64,000 nt of DNA from Candidatus Deferrimicrobiaceae bacterium (GTDB lineage Bacteria > Desulfobacterota > Deferrimicrobia > Deferrimicrobiales > Deferrimicrobiaceae): NCBI GenBank assembly GCA_963792415.1, contig CAWBVY010000006.1, positions 352,001 through 416,000 of the forward strand, written 5' to 3'. A program made the translations under genes and the position numbers. Under the pieces are notes generated by a model. That model was given only the letters and a program-made list of their open reading frames with translations. It did not search any database and was not told the origin of the DNA. Shown here one piece after another: positions 44,421 to 56,626 of the stretch; within the stretch, counting starts at the first letter, position 1; every line of letters begins with the position of its first letter.

Positions 44421-45750
44421 CTTCCGCCTCCGCTTTCGCGACGTCCACGCGCAGCAGCAGGGCGAGCCCCGAGATGAAGAAGACCGCCAGCGAGAGGATC
44501 GCGACCCGGTAGCTCCCCGTGAACTGCAGCGCCAGCCCGAAAAAGAGGGGCCCCAGCCAGCTCGTACCCCGCTCGCTCACCTCGTACAGCGAGAAGTACT
44601 CCGCCTCCCGCCCGAGCGGGATCATCCGCGAGAACAGGGAGCGGGAAAGGGCCTGGCTCCCGCCGAGGACGACGGCCACGCATGCCGCCATCGCGTAGAA
44701 CCCGGTCGCATCCCGAAGCCCGGCGTAGGCGTAGACGAGCGTCCCCGTCCACAGGACGAGACTGGCCGCGACCGCCGCCTTCGCCCCCACCCGCTTCGCG
44801 AACGCGTTGAAGAGAAGCGCCCCGAAGAAGGCGACGAACTGGACCATGAGGATCGCCGTGGTAAGCGTCGAAACGGAGAGACCCAGTTCCTCCTGTCCGA
44901 ACTGGGACGAGAGGGCGATCACCGTCTGTATCCCGTCGTTGTACAGGAGGTAGGCGCCGAGGAACAGCAGGAGCTGGGGGTGGCCCTTCGCCTCGGCGAA
45001 CGTGCGCCGCAGCTGGCGAAATCCGGTGCCCAGGAACCCCTCCCCCGGCGGAAGCGGCCGCGCCGCCCCCCGGCCGCGCATCGTGGCGAGCGGCACGAGG
45101 GAGAAGAGGGCCCACCACGCCCCGGCCGAGGCGAGGCTGATCCGGACCGCCTCGCCGACCGTAAGGCCGAAGTCGCGCGCGCGGGAAAAAAGGACCAGAT
45201 TCAGGAGAAGGAGGGTGCCGCCCCCGAGGTACCCGAGCGCCCACCCCACGGAGGAGACGGAATCGCGGTTCTCCGGACCCGCGATCTCCGGAAGCCAGGC
45301 GTTGTAGAAGACCACCGAGGCCCCGAAGCAGACGTTGGCCACCAGGAAGAGCCCCCCACCCAGCAGGTACCGCGTCCCTTCGAGGAAATAGAGCCCCACC
45401 GTCGCGGCGGATCCCGCGTAGGCGAAGAGGAACAGCATCGATTTTTTCCGGCGGGAGTAGTCGGCGATCGCCCCCAGCAACGGCAGGAGAAGCACCTGGA
45501 AGAAGACGGAAAGGGAGACGACGTACGGGAAGAACGACCCGGCGAGCACGGGGATGCCGAGGGGATGGACGTACCCCGCGGGATCGGCGGCGGCGCGGGC
45601 GATGGAGGTCAGGTACGGCCCCGTGAACACCGTGACCACCGTCGTGGTGAAGGCGGAGTTCGCGAAATCGTAAAAGTACCAGCCGATCCGCTCGGGCCGG
45701 CCTTCCCGGACAGCGCCGTCATCTCCCCTCCCGCAGCCCCATTCTGCCAC
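44392..45750 (-). CDS. MFS transporter (Atg22/UMF1-like); start uncertain, 3' end overlaps livF
   Basis: WYFYDFANSAF, LLGAIAD, FYNA.LP, YNDG, QALSRS; about 12 hydrophobic segments. Confidence 0.87.
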
Positions 45751-45811
45751 AATCAACCGGACGGTAACGTATCGTGAAGACAGCACGGAAGACGTACGTA
45801 ACGGGAGAGTC

Positions 45812-45921
45812 CGGCGGAGTCGCCGGAGGAGGGGGGGCGCAGTGAGGTAAAGCGCAGCCGTGCAGGTTCACCGCACGGCGAGCCACGAACGGAGCCCCGC
45901 CCTCCGGAGGCGACGCAGCCG
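45812..45921. repeat. Palindromic MITE/REP-like element
   Basis: Long interrupted terminal stem (CGGC-GGA-GTCGCC-GGA-GGAGGGGGGGC ... GCCCCGCCCTCC-GGA-GGCGAC-GCA-GCCG) with inner hairpin GCCGTGC..GCACGGC; flanked by a GAGAGTCC direct repeat. Confidence 0.6.
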
Positions 45922-45958
45922 AAGAGAGTCCCGGAGGCGCCCCGGTACGGGCGGAAGG

Positions 45959-45995
45959 AAAGCCCCGGCGCTTCGCGAAGCGACCGGGGGCTTTT
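45959..45995 (-). terminator. Terminator-like hairpin after tRNA-Gly
   Basis: AAAGCCCC-CGG-T-CGCTTCGCGAAGCG-CCGGGGCTTT on the minus strand. Confidence 0.55.
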
Positions 45996-46004
45996 GGGTT
46001 CCGA

Positions 46005-46079
46005 TGGAGCGGGCGACGAGATTTGAACTCGCGACTTCGACCTTGGCAAGGTCGCACTCTACCACTGAGTTACGCCCGC
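46005..46079 (-). tRNA. tRNA-Gly (GCC)
   Basis: GCGGGCG...CGACC-TTGCCAA-GGTCG...AGTTCAAATCT...CGCCCGCTCCA. Confidence 0.97.
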
Positions 46080-46092
46080 GCAACGAACGTCG

Positions 46093-46122
46093 ATTTTAGG
46101 CGATCCCAGCGCGACTTGTCAA
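46093..46122 (-). promoter_or_regulatory. Sigma70 promoter of tRNA-Gly
   Basis: TTGACA-18-TAAAAT. Confidence 0.7.
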
Positions 46123-46136
46123 GAAAAGCCGCCGGA

Positions 46137-46709
46137 CTACCGCTTGAAGATCTCCCCCACGAACCGCAGGAAATAGTCGAGCCCGGACCACGCGGTGAGG
46201 ACCAGTCCGGCGCTCAGGAACACCATCCCGAAAGTGTGGACCGGGATCCCGAGGATCGGGTAATGGAGGATGAGGGCCGCGACCCCGATATTCAGGAGCA
46301 AGGTTTTCGCCTTTCCCAATTTCGAGGCGGCGATGATCACCCCTTCCGAGGAGGCCACCCCGCGCAGCGCCGTGACGCCGATCTCCCGGGCGACCACGAT
46401 AACCGCCATCCACGCCGGCACCCGGTCCGGCTCGATGAGCATGATCATCACGGCGCACACGAGCAATTTGTCGGCCAGCGGGTCGAGAAGTTTCCCGAGC
46501 GTGGTGACCATTTGGTAGCGCCGCGCGATGTAGCCGTCGAAGAGGTCGGTGAGCGTGGCGGCGACGAACAGCGAGAACGCGGCCACCGAACGCCCGAAGG
46601 AGATCTCCCTGCCCTCGGGCGTGAGAAGGATGAGGACCACCACCGGGATCGCCAGGATCCGCAGCAGCGTCAGGATGTTGGGTGCGCTCAGGCGGGAGTC
46701 GCTGGTCAT
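46137..46709 (-). CDS. pgsA: CDP-diacylglycerol--glycerol-3-phosphate 3-phosphatidyltransferase
   Basis: PNILTLLRI, TD.FDGYIAR, GKLLDPLADK, GKAKT. Confidence 0.95.
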   Translation of the reverse strand: MTSDSRLSAPNILTLLRILAIPVVVLILLTPEGREISFGRSVAAFSLFVAATLTDLFDGYIARRYQMVTTLGKLLDPLADKLLVCAVMIMLIEPDRVPAWMAVIVVAREIGVTALRGVASSEGVIIAASKLGKAKTLLLNIGVAALILHYPILGIPVHTFGMVFLSAGLVLTAWSGLDYFLRFVGEIFKR

Positions 46710-47293
46710 TCGGCGGCGGAGTATTGCCGGTACAGGTCCATCACACGGCGAACGTAGAGGCGGGTCTCCTTGTAGGGAGGGACGCCGCCGTATTTTCTGA
46801 CCGCCCCCGGCCCGGCGTTGTACGCCGCGACCGTGTTGACGAGATCCCCCTCGAAGGAGACGAGGAGTTCCTTGATGTACCGGATCCCGCCCTCGATGTT
46901 CTCGATGGGGTCGAACGGGTCGGCGACCCGCATCCGCTTCGACGTGAACGGCATGAGCTGCATCACTCCCCTGGCGCCCTTGGGGGAGACGGCCTTGCGC
47001 TGCCCGTTCGATTCCGCCTTGATGATGGCGTGGACGAGCGCGGGGGGAAGATCGTTCGCCCGGGAGACACGGTCGACGTACCCGGTCACCCAACTTTCGG
47101 TCGGGAGCGAAGGGGCATGCGCCCGGGTGCCGGCTTTCGGCCCCTCCCGAAGATAGAGCGTGAACTTCGCGTCCGGCTGGGTGTTCGAGTAGTGGATGAC
47201 GCCGTCCGCGTCCACGTACCGGTAGATGTCCGCGCCGGAAACGACCGGCCAGAGGAGGAAAGAAAGGATGAAAACTCGCGATAATTGAACCAT
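46706..47293 (-). CDS. Lytic transglycosylase (DUF4124-like + SLT)
   Basis: IYRYVD.DGVIHYSN; AIIKAES, GA.G.MQLMP, AAYNAG, PPYKETR.YV. Confidence 0.92.
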   Translation of the reverse strand: MVQLSRVFILSFLLWPVVSGADIYRYVDADGVIHYSNTQPDAKFTLYLREGPKAGTRAHAPSLPTESWVTGYVDRVSRANDLPPALVHAIIKAESNGQRKAVSPKGARGVMQLMPFTSKRMRVADPFDPIENIEGGIRYIKELLVSFEGDLVNTVAAYNAGPGAVRKYGGVPPYKETRLYVRRVMDLYRQYSAAE

Positions 47294-47362
47294 AATTTAT
47301 CATTCTATGAACAGGACCCCGCCGAAGTCAAACAACGGGATCCCGCATACGGGGGAGACGTG

Positions 47363-48970
47363 ATGGGGAAGATGTCGAAATTCCTGGTCATCGGCAGCGG
47401 AATCGCCGGATTGAGCTTCGCGCTCCGGGCGGCGAAGAGAGGCGGGGTCACCATCATCACCAAGAAGGAGGCGTCCGAGTCCAGCACAAACTACGCGCAG
47501 GGCGGGATCGCCACCGTCTGGAGCAACCAGGACACCTTCGAGTCCCACATCGAGGATACCCACAAGGCGGGGGCGGGGCTTTGCCACGCCGACGCGGTCG
47601 ACTTCGTGGTGCGTGACGCCCCGGCGCGGATCCGCGAGTTGATCGGGTGGGGGGTCGAGTTCACCCGGCAGACCGGAAAGAAGGAGTACGACCTGCATCG
47701 CGAGGGGGGACACTCGGCACGGAGGATCTTCCACGCGAAGGACCTGACGGGGCGCGAGGTGGAACGGGCGCTCCTCGTCCGCGCCCGGGAGAACCCCCGG
47801 ATCCGGATCTACGAGAACCACGCGGCGATCAACCTCATCACGCGGCAGAAGCTCTCCTCCTTCGACGACCCGGGCGTCGACGAGGTGCTCGGCGCCTACG
47901 TGCTGGACCGGACGACCGGCGAGATCCACACCTTCGTGGCGGACGTGACGGTCCTCGCCACCGGGGGTTCGGGGAAGGTGTACCTGTACACGAGCAACCC
48001 CGACGTCGCCACGGGAGACGGGGTCGCGCTGGCGTACCGCGCGGGGGCGACGGTGGCCAACATGGAATTCGTGCAGTTCCACCCCACCTGCCTCTACCAC
48101 CCGCTCGCCAAGTCGTTCCTCATCTCCGAGGCGGTCCGCGGCGAGGGGGCGATCCTCATGAACCGCGCCGGGATCCGGTTCATGGAGGACGCCCACCCGA
48201 TGAAGGAGCTCGCGCCGAGGGACATCGTCGCGCGGGCGATCGACGCGGAGATGAAGCGCACCGGGGAGGATTGCGTCTATCTCGACATCCGGTCCAAGGG
48301 GGCGGCGTTCATCAGGAAGCACTTCCCGAACATCCACGAGACGTGCCTCTCGTTCGGCATCGACATGACGAAGGATCCGATCCCTGTGGTCCCGGCGGCG
48401 CACTACCAGTGCGGCGGCGTGCGGACGAACCTTCACGGGGAGACGGACATCCAGCGGCTCTTCGCCCTGGGCGAGTGCGCGGGCACGGGGCTCCACGGCG
48501 CGAACCGTCTCGCCTCGAACTCCCTGATCGAGGCGCTGGTCTTCTCCCACAGCGCCGTCGAGCGCGCCTCGACCGCGTACATCGGGAAGTCGAAGCCCCG
48601 GATCGACATCCCCAAGTGGGACCCGGGCAAGGCGCAGGAACCGGACGAGGGGGTCGTCGTCTCCCACAACTGGGAGGAGATCCGCCGGACGATGTGGAAC
48701 TACGTGGGGATCGTCCGGTCGAACAAGCGGCTGTCGCGCGCGCTCGACCGGATCGAGCTGCTGAAGCGGGAGATCTCGGAGTATTACTGGAACTTCAAGG
48801 TGACGGGGGACCTGCTCGAGCTGCGCAACATCTGCACGGTGGCGGAGCTGATCGTCCGGTGCGCCATGCAGCGCAAGGAGAGCCGGGGGCTCCACACGAC
48901 GATCGACTACCCGTACCTGGACGACGAGCACGGGCGCCAGGACACGCTGGTCCGCCGCACCCGTTTTTAG
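47363..48970 (+). CDS. nadB: L-aspartate oxidase
   Basis: IGSGIAGL, YAQGGI, EGGHS.RRI, QFHPT, HGANRLASNSL, ESRGLH. Confidence 0.96.
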   Translation: MGKMSKFLVIGSGIAGLSFALRAAKRGGVTIITKKEASESSTNYAQGGIATVWSNQDTFESHIEDTHKAGAGLCHADAVDFVVRDAPARIRELIGWGVEFTRQTGKKEYDLHREGGHSARRIFHAKDLTGREVERALLVRARENPRIRIYENHAAINLITRQKLSSFDDPGVDEVLGAYVLDRTTGEIHTFVADVTVLATGGSGKVYLYTSNPDVATGDGVALAYRAGATVANMEFVQFHPTCLYHPLAKSFLISEAVRGEGAILMNRAGIRFMEDAHPMKELAPRDIVARAIDAEMKRTGEDCVYLDIRSKGAAFIRKHFPNIHETCLSFGIDMTKDPIPVVPAAHYQCGGVRTNLHGETDIQRLFALGECAGTGLHGANRLASNSLIEALVFSHSAVERASTAYIGKSKPRIDIPKWDPGKAQEPDEGVVVSHNWEEIRRTMWNYVGIVRSNKRLSRALDRIELLKREISEYYWNFKVTGDLLELRNICTVAELIVRCAMQRKESRGLHTTIDYPYLDDEHGRQDTLVRRTRF

Positions 48971-48983
48971 GCCTCCTCCGGCC

Positions 48984-49613
48984 CTATTGCCAGGCGAGTA
49001 CGGCGCGCCCCTCGACGCCCGACAGGACCAGTTTCAGGCGCGGCGACCCGGCCCGCGGGGATATCGCGGGTTCACCCGCTTCCAGCGGAAACGCCACCTC
49101 GTACGCGCGGTACCACGTCCCGGAGTACGGGAAGAAACGGGAGATCTCTTCCGGGCGCAGGGCCGACTTCCGGATGTAGACAGGCTCGAAGTCCTTCTCG
49201 TCCGCCCTCACCAGCCGCAGGCTCCAGAGCGTCCCGGGGTTCTCCAGGTCGTTCCCCTTCTCGTCCGGCACGTAGAGAGCGACGAAGAAGCGGACGTACT
49301 TCTCCGATTCCCCGCGCCAACCGGAGATCACCCGCTCCCGCCGCGCCGGGTCGAGGTAGTAGATGTTGGAATACTCTTCCGCGAATGCGGAGACCCACGA
49401 TCCCGAGAGCCAGGTGGCGGAAAGGATGAACCGGGTGTCGAGCCCGTCGTGGACCTCGCGGGTCCGGGTCGCGGACTCCGTGATCCGCGCATAGGAGGGG
49501 GATCCCATCACCTTCTCATAGAGGGAGACCGACCGCGGACCGCAGCCGGCGGCGACCGCCACGAGGGCCAGGAGTGAAGCAGCCCATGACACGCGCCGGG
49601 CGGAGTCAGCCAT
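48984..49613 (-). CDS. Hypothetical lipoprotein
   Basis: Lipobox AAGC after a hydrophobic stretch; coupled to pyrE. Confidence 0.75.
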   Translation of the reverse strand: MADSARRVSWAASLLALVAVAAGCGPRSVSLYEKVMGSPSYARITESATRTREVHDGLDTRFILSATWLSGSWVSAFAEEYSNIYYLDPARRERVISGWRGESEKYVRFFVALYVPDEKGNDLENPGTLWSLRLVRADEKDFEPVYIRKSALRPEEISRFFPYSGTWYRAYEVAFPLEAGEPAISPRAGSPRLKLVLSGVEGRAVLAWQ

Positions 49614-50202
49614 TTTCCACGTCCTCCTTGAGGAACATCGGCTCGACGCGGTACCCGGCCGCCGCCACCGCCTCCGAACCACCCTCGTTCCGGTCGACGA
49701 GGCAAAGGACCCTCGCCACGACCAGTCCCGATCCGACCGTGCGCTCGATGGCCCGCATCGTCGAAGCGCCGGTGGTCACAACGTCCTCGAGGATCGCCAC
49801 CCGCATCCCGGGACGGAGGTTCTTCGTCCCCTCGATCCACTGCTCCGTCCCGTGCTTCTTCGGCTCCTTGCGGATGATGAACGCGGGCACCGGCCATCCC
49901 CGCTGGGAGCTGGTGATGGAGACGGCGGTCACGATCGGGTCCGCCCCGAGGGTGATCCCCCCCACCGCCTCCGGACGCTCCCCCGCCTCGAGCATCGCGC
50001 AGAAGAGCCGTCCCGTGAGGACCGCCCCCTCCGCGTCGAGCGTGGTCTGCCTGCAGTCGATGTAGAAGTCGGATTCCCGCCCCGAGGAAAGGACGACCTT
50101 GCGGCGCTCGTAGCTTTTCTCCCTCAGGAGCGCCAGGAAACGCCGCCGGTCGGCGGTCATCTCCGGCGGGAACACGGCGGATCGACCGGTCTCGCTGGGC
50201 AT
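49606..50202 (-). CDS. pyrE: Orotate phosphoribosyltransferase
   Basis: LSSG..S.FYID.R, RKEPKKHG, LEDVVTTG.S. Confidence 0.95.
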   Translation of the reverse strand: MPSETGRSAVFPPEMTADRRRFLALLREKSYERRKVVLSSGRESDFYIDCRQTTLDAEGAVLTGRLFCAMLEAGERPEAVGGITLGADPIVTAVSITSSQRGWPVPAFIIRKEPKKHGTEQWIEGTKNLRPGMRVAILEDVVTTGASTMRAIERTVGSGLVVARVLCLVDRNEGGSEAVAAAGYRVEPMFLKEDVENG

Positions 50203-50212
50203 CGTTCCCTCC

Positions 50213-51631
50213 TTAGACGCGGACCGAGCCGCGGAACAGCGGCAACTGCTCCCCGGGCTCCTCGATCTCGAGCGGAATCGAGTAGTTCCCCGAGAAGCAG
50301 GCGTCGCAGTAGGTCGTTTTCCCGTTCGGCACGCAGGCGTGGAGGCCCTCCATGCTGAGGTACCCGAGGCTGTCGGAGGTGAGATAGGTGTTCGTCTCCT
50401 CCCTCGTGTGGGTCGCGGCGATGAGGTCCCGCCGCAGCGGGGTGTCGATTCCGTAGAAGCACGGGTAGCACGTCGGGGGGGAGCTGATGCGGAAGTGGAC
50501 CTCTTCGGCCCCGGCCGCCCGGATCATCTTGATGATCTTGCGCCCGGTGGTCCCGCGAACGATGGAGTCGTCCACCACGATGACCCGTTTCCCGGAGACG
50601 ACCCCGCGCACGGCGTTCAGCTTGATCTTCACGCCGAAGTGGCGGATCGACTGCTGCGGCTCGATGAAGGTGCGCCCCACGTAATGGTTCCGGATGAGAC
50701 CCATCTCGAAGGGGATCCCGGACGCCTCCGAGAACCCCAGGGCCGCGGGGACGCCCGAGTCGGGCACGGGGATGACGACATCGGCGTCCGCCGGGCACTC
50801 CTTCGCCAGCTGCCGCCCGAGGGCCTTGCGGACCCCGTAGATGCTGGTGCCGCCCATGATCGAGTCCGGACGGGCGAAGTAGACGTGTTCGAAGATGCAG
50901 AACCGCTCGACCGCCGGGAGAAACGGCCGGTGGGAGTGCGTCCCCCGGGCGTCGACGACGACCATCTCGCCCGGCTCGACCTCCCGCAGGTACTCCGCCT
51001 CGATCAGGTCGAGCGCGCACGACTCCGAGGTGATGACCGTCCCCCCCTCTCCCTTCATCTTCCCGAGGGCGAGCGGCCGGATCCCGTGGGGGTCGCGCAC
51101 CCCGATCAGCTTGTCCCGCGTCATGAAGAGGAGGGAATACGCGCCGCGGACCTGGTTCAGCGCATCGACGATCCGATCCTCGATCCGCTCCTTCCTGGAG
51201 CGGGCGATGAGGTGGACGAAGACCTCGGTGTCCATCGACGACTGGAAGATGGAGCCGGAGACCTCGAGCTCCCGCTTGAGCTCCTGGGCGTTCACGAGGT
51301 TGCCGTTGTGGGCGACGGCGATGGAGCCGGATTCGAAATCGACCACGAGCGGCTGGGCGTTTTTCAGCTCCGAACTGCCCGTCGTGGAGTACCGGACGTG
51401 CCCGATGGCGGTGTGCCCCGGCAGCCGGGAAAGGATCTCCTCCGAGAAGATGTCGGCGACCAGCCCCATCTCCTTGTGGAAGATGATCCTTTCGCCGTCG
51501 GTGCTGGCGATCCCGGCGCTCTCCTGGCCCCGATGCTGCAGCGCGTAGAGACCCAGGTACGCCATGTTGGACGCCTCGGGATGCCCGTGGATCCCGAAGA
51601 CGCCGCACTCGTCGTGCCAGCTGTCGGACAT
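50213..51631 (-). CDS. purF: Amidophosphoribosyltransferase
   Basis: [31 protein letters not shown]. Confidence 0.97.
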   Translation of the reverse strand: MSDSWHDECGVFGIHGHPEASNMAYLGLYALQHRGQESAGIASTDGERIIFHKEMGLVADIFSEEILSRLPGHTAIGHVRYSTTGSSELKNAQPLVVDFESGSIAVAHNGNLVNAQELKRELEVSGSIFQSSMDTEVFVHLIARSRKERIEDRIVDALNQVRGAYSLLFMTRDKLIGVRDPHGIRPLALGKMKGEGGTVITSESCALDLIEAEYLREVEPGEMVVVDARGTHSHRPFLPAVERFCIFEHVYFARPDSIMGGTSIYGVRKALGRQLAKECPADADVVIPVPDSGVPAALGFSEASGIPFEMGLIRNHYVGRTFIEPQQSIRHFGVKIKLNAVRGVVSGKRVIVVDDSIVRGTTGRKIIKMIRAAGAEEVHFRISSPPTCYPCFYGIDTPLRRDLIAATHTREETNTYLTSDSLGYLSMEGLHACVPNGKTTYCDACFSGNYSIPLEIEEPGEQLPLFRGSVRV

Positions 51632-51641
51632 TCGCGATCCC

Positions 51642-53869
<2,228 letters not shown>

Positions 53870-53873
<4 letters not shown>

Positions 53874-54571
53874 GGCGTCCTCTCCCCGAGCCAGGCGATC
53901 ATCGCGTCGAACAGGCGGCGGCCGTCGCCGCTCCCCAGCGCCGTTTCCGAGGACCGTTCCGGGTGGGGCATCATTCCGAGGACGTTTCCTCCCTCGCTGC
54001 AGATCCCGGCGATGTTCCGCGCAGAGCCGTTCGGGTTCGACTCCCTCGTCACCTCCCCTGCCGGGTCGCAGTAGCGGAAGACCACCTGGCCCCGCTCCTC
54101 GAGGGAGGACAAGGTCCGCTCGTCGGCGAAGTAGTTCCCCTGGTAATGCGCCACGGGGATCTTGAGGACCGTCCCCACGGGGATTCCCCGAGTGAACGGC
54201 GTCCGATCCGTGTCGGCGCGCAGGTGGACGTAGTCGCAGACGAACCGGAGGGAGTCGTTCACGATCATCGCCCCCGGGAGAAGCCCCGCCTCCAGGAGGA
54301 TCTGGAAGCCGTTGCAGATCCCGATGACCGGCCCCCCGCCCTCCGCGAACCGGCGCACCGCCTCCATCACGGGAGACAGCTTCGCCATCGCCCCCGACCG
54401 CAGGTAGTCGCCGTAGGTGAAGCCCCCGGGAATGACGACGGCGTCGAAGCCGTCGAGGGAGGAACTCTTGTGCCAGACGAACTCCGCGTCCACCCCGACC
54501 ACGTGCTTCAGGGCGTGGTAGGCGTCGTGGTCGCAGTTGGAGCCGGGGAATACGAGGACGGCGGCCTTCAT
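53870..54571 (-). CDS. purQ: FGAM synthase subunit PurQ
   Basis: FPGSNCD, GICNGFQ, MMPHPER. Confidence 0.97.
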
Positions 54572-54581
54572 CGCGCTCCCC

Positions 54582-54824
54582 CTACTCCCCGATCTCGATC
54601 CGGTACTCTTCGATCACCGTGTTCGCCAGCAGGCGGCGGCACGCCTCGTCGAGGCGGCGACGCGCTTCCTCGACCCCGATCTCCTTGAGCGTGATCTCCA
54701 TGAACTTTCCGACACGGACATCCTCCACCCCGTCGATTCCGAGGTGGGAGAGCGACGCGCGGATCGCTTTCCCCTGCGGGTCGAGGACCCCCCGCTTCAG
54801 CGTGACGTGGATTTTCGCCTTCAC
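54582..54824 (-). CDS. purS: FGAM synthase subunit PurS
   Basis: GTG start; LK.GVLDPQG, VRVGK, LLANTVIE.Y. Confidence 0.95.
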   Translation of the reverse strand: MKAKIHVTLKRGVLDPQGKAIRASLSHLGIDGVEDVRVGKFMEITLKEIGVEEARRRLDEACRRLLANTVIEEYRIEIGE

Positions 54825-56131
54825 GCCTTCCCTCCCTTTCCTGCGAACACCCGGTCGATGATCCCGTCGATGTTCTTCAGGTAGTAGTCGATGTCGAACA
54901 GCCCGTCGAACTCCTTTTTCGAGAGCGCGGCGCGCACGTCCCTGTCCTTCCAGAGGAGCGCGGCGAGCGGTTTCCCGGTCTTCCACGACCGCATCGCGGA
55001 TCGCTGCACCACCTCGTACGCCGTTTCCCTCGAGAAGCCCTTCGCCGCGAGGGCGAGAAGCACGCGCTGCGAGTACAGGAGCCCGTGGGTGCTCTCGAGG
55101 TTTTTCCGCATCCTGTCGGGGTAGACGAGGAGCTTTTCCATCATCCCACGGAACCGTCCGAGCGCGAAGTGGAGGAGGATGGTGGCGTCGGGGGCGATCA
55201 CCCGCTCCGCGGAAGAGTGGCTGATGTCCCGCTCGTGCCAGAGCGCCATGTTTTCCATCGCCGTTACGGAGTAGCCGCGCAGCAGCCGCGAGAGGCCGGA
55301 GAGGTTTTCGGAGAGGACGGGATTCCGCTTGTGAGGCATGGCGGAAGACCCTTTCTGGCCCGCGGAGAAGAATTCCTCCACCTCGAGGACCTCGGTGCGC
55401 TGCAGGTGACGGATCTCCGTCGAGAACTTGTCGAGGGACGAGGCGACGATGGCGAGCGTGGCGAACACCTCGGCGTGCCGGTCCCGCTGGACCACCTGGG
55501 TGGAGGCGGGTGCGGGCGAGAGCCGAAGCTTCCGGCAGACGAACTCTTCCACGAAGGGATCGATGTTGGCGAAGGTTCCGACCGCCCCGGAGATCTTCCC
55601 GACCGAGATCACGTCGCGCGCGCGAACGAGGCGGGCGATGTCGCGGCGCATCTCGTCGGCCCACAGCGCCATCTTCCAACCGAACGTCACCGGCTCCGCG
55701 TGGATGCCGTGCGTTCGGCCGATCATCACGGTACCCCGGTGCTCGAGGGCACGGGCCTTCAGGACCTCGAAGACCGCCTTCGCTTCGCGGATCAGGAGCG
55801 TGAGGGACTGCCGCATCTGGACGGCGAAGGCGGTGTCCAGAACGTCGGAGCTCGTCATCCCCACGTGGAGGAAGCGGGAGTCGTCGCCGATGTGCTCGGC
55901 CACGGAGGTAAGGAAGGCGATTACGTCGTGCTTGACCTTTTTCTCGATCTCGTTGATCCGCGGGACGTCGAAGGACGCCTTTTTCCGGACCCGCGCGAGG
56001 GCGTCCGCGGGGATCCACCCCTTGCGGACCATCGCCTCCATCGCGAGGATCTCTATGTCGAGCCAGATCCGGAACCGGTTCTCGTCGTGCCAGATGGCCG
56101 CCATCTCCGGCCGCGTGTACCGTTCGATCAC
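54821..56131 (-). CDS. purB: Adenylosuccinate lyase
   Basis: MIERY, HDVIAF, GRTHG.HAEP, GSSAMPHKRNP. Confidence 0.97.
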   Translation of the reverse strand: MIERYTRPEMAAIWHDENRFRIWLDIEILAMEAMVRKGWIPADALARVRKKASFDVPRINEIEKKVKHDVIAFLTSVAEHIGDDSRFLHVGMTSSDVLDTAFAVQMRQSLTLLIREAKAVFEVLKARALEHRGTVMIGRTHGIHAEPVTFGWKMALWADEMRRDIARLVRARDVISVGKISGAVGTFANIDPFVEEFVCRKLRLSPAPASTQVVQRDRHAEVFATLAIVASSLDKFSTEIRHLQRTEVLEVEEFFSAGQKGSSAMPHKRNPVLSENLSGLSRLLRGYSVTAMENMALWHERDISHSSAERVIAPDATILLHFALGRFRGMMEKLLVYPDRMRKNLESTHGLLYSQRVLLALAAKGFSRETAYEVVQRSAMRSWKTGKPLAALLWKDRDVRAALSKKEFDGLFDIDYYLKNIDGIIDRVFAGKGGKA

Positions 56132-56172
56132 GTCGTCACCCCCTGGTGCAGCGTCTCCGCGAACCGGAGCGC

Positions 56173-56622
56173 TTATCTCCCCGTGTGCCCGAACCCGCCT
56201 TCTCCCCGCGGAGTCCCCTCGAGTTCCGACACGACTTCGAGACGCGCCCGCAGCGTCCCGGAAAAGACGATCTGCGCGACCCGGTCCCCGCGCCGGACGG
56301 GAAACGGTTCCTCCCCGAAGTTCGCCAGGATCACGCACACCTCGCCGCGGTAATCGGAGTCGATCGTCCCCGGAGCGTTGAGACACGTCACGCCGTGGCG
56401 GATCGCCAGGCCGCTGCGCGGCCGCACCTGCCCCTCCACCCCCGGCGGCATCGACAGGGCGATCCCCGTCGGGATCATCGCCCTCCCCATCGGCGGGATC
56501 ACGATCTCGCCGTCGACGTCGGCTTTCAGGTCCATCCCGGCCGACCCTTCCGTCTGGTACGCGGGGAGCGAATCCTTCCCCGCGCGCAGCAACCGGACCC
56601 GGATCGGGCATTCCGCACCCAT
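56173..56622 (-). CDS. dut: dUTP diphosphatase
   Basis: AGMDL, RPRSG, GTIDSDYRGE, RG.GGFGHTG. Confidence 0.96.
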   Translation of the reverse strand: MGAECPIRVRLLRAGKDSLPAYQTEGSAGMDLKADVDGEIVIPPMGRAMIPTGIALSMPPGVEGQVRPRSGLAIRHGVTCLNAPGTIDSDYRGEVCVILANFGEEPFPVRRGDRVAQIVFSGTLRARLEVVSELEGTPRGEGGFGHTGR

Positions 56623-56626
56623 AGGG

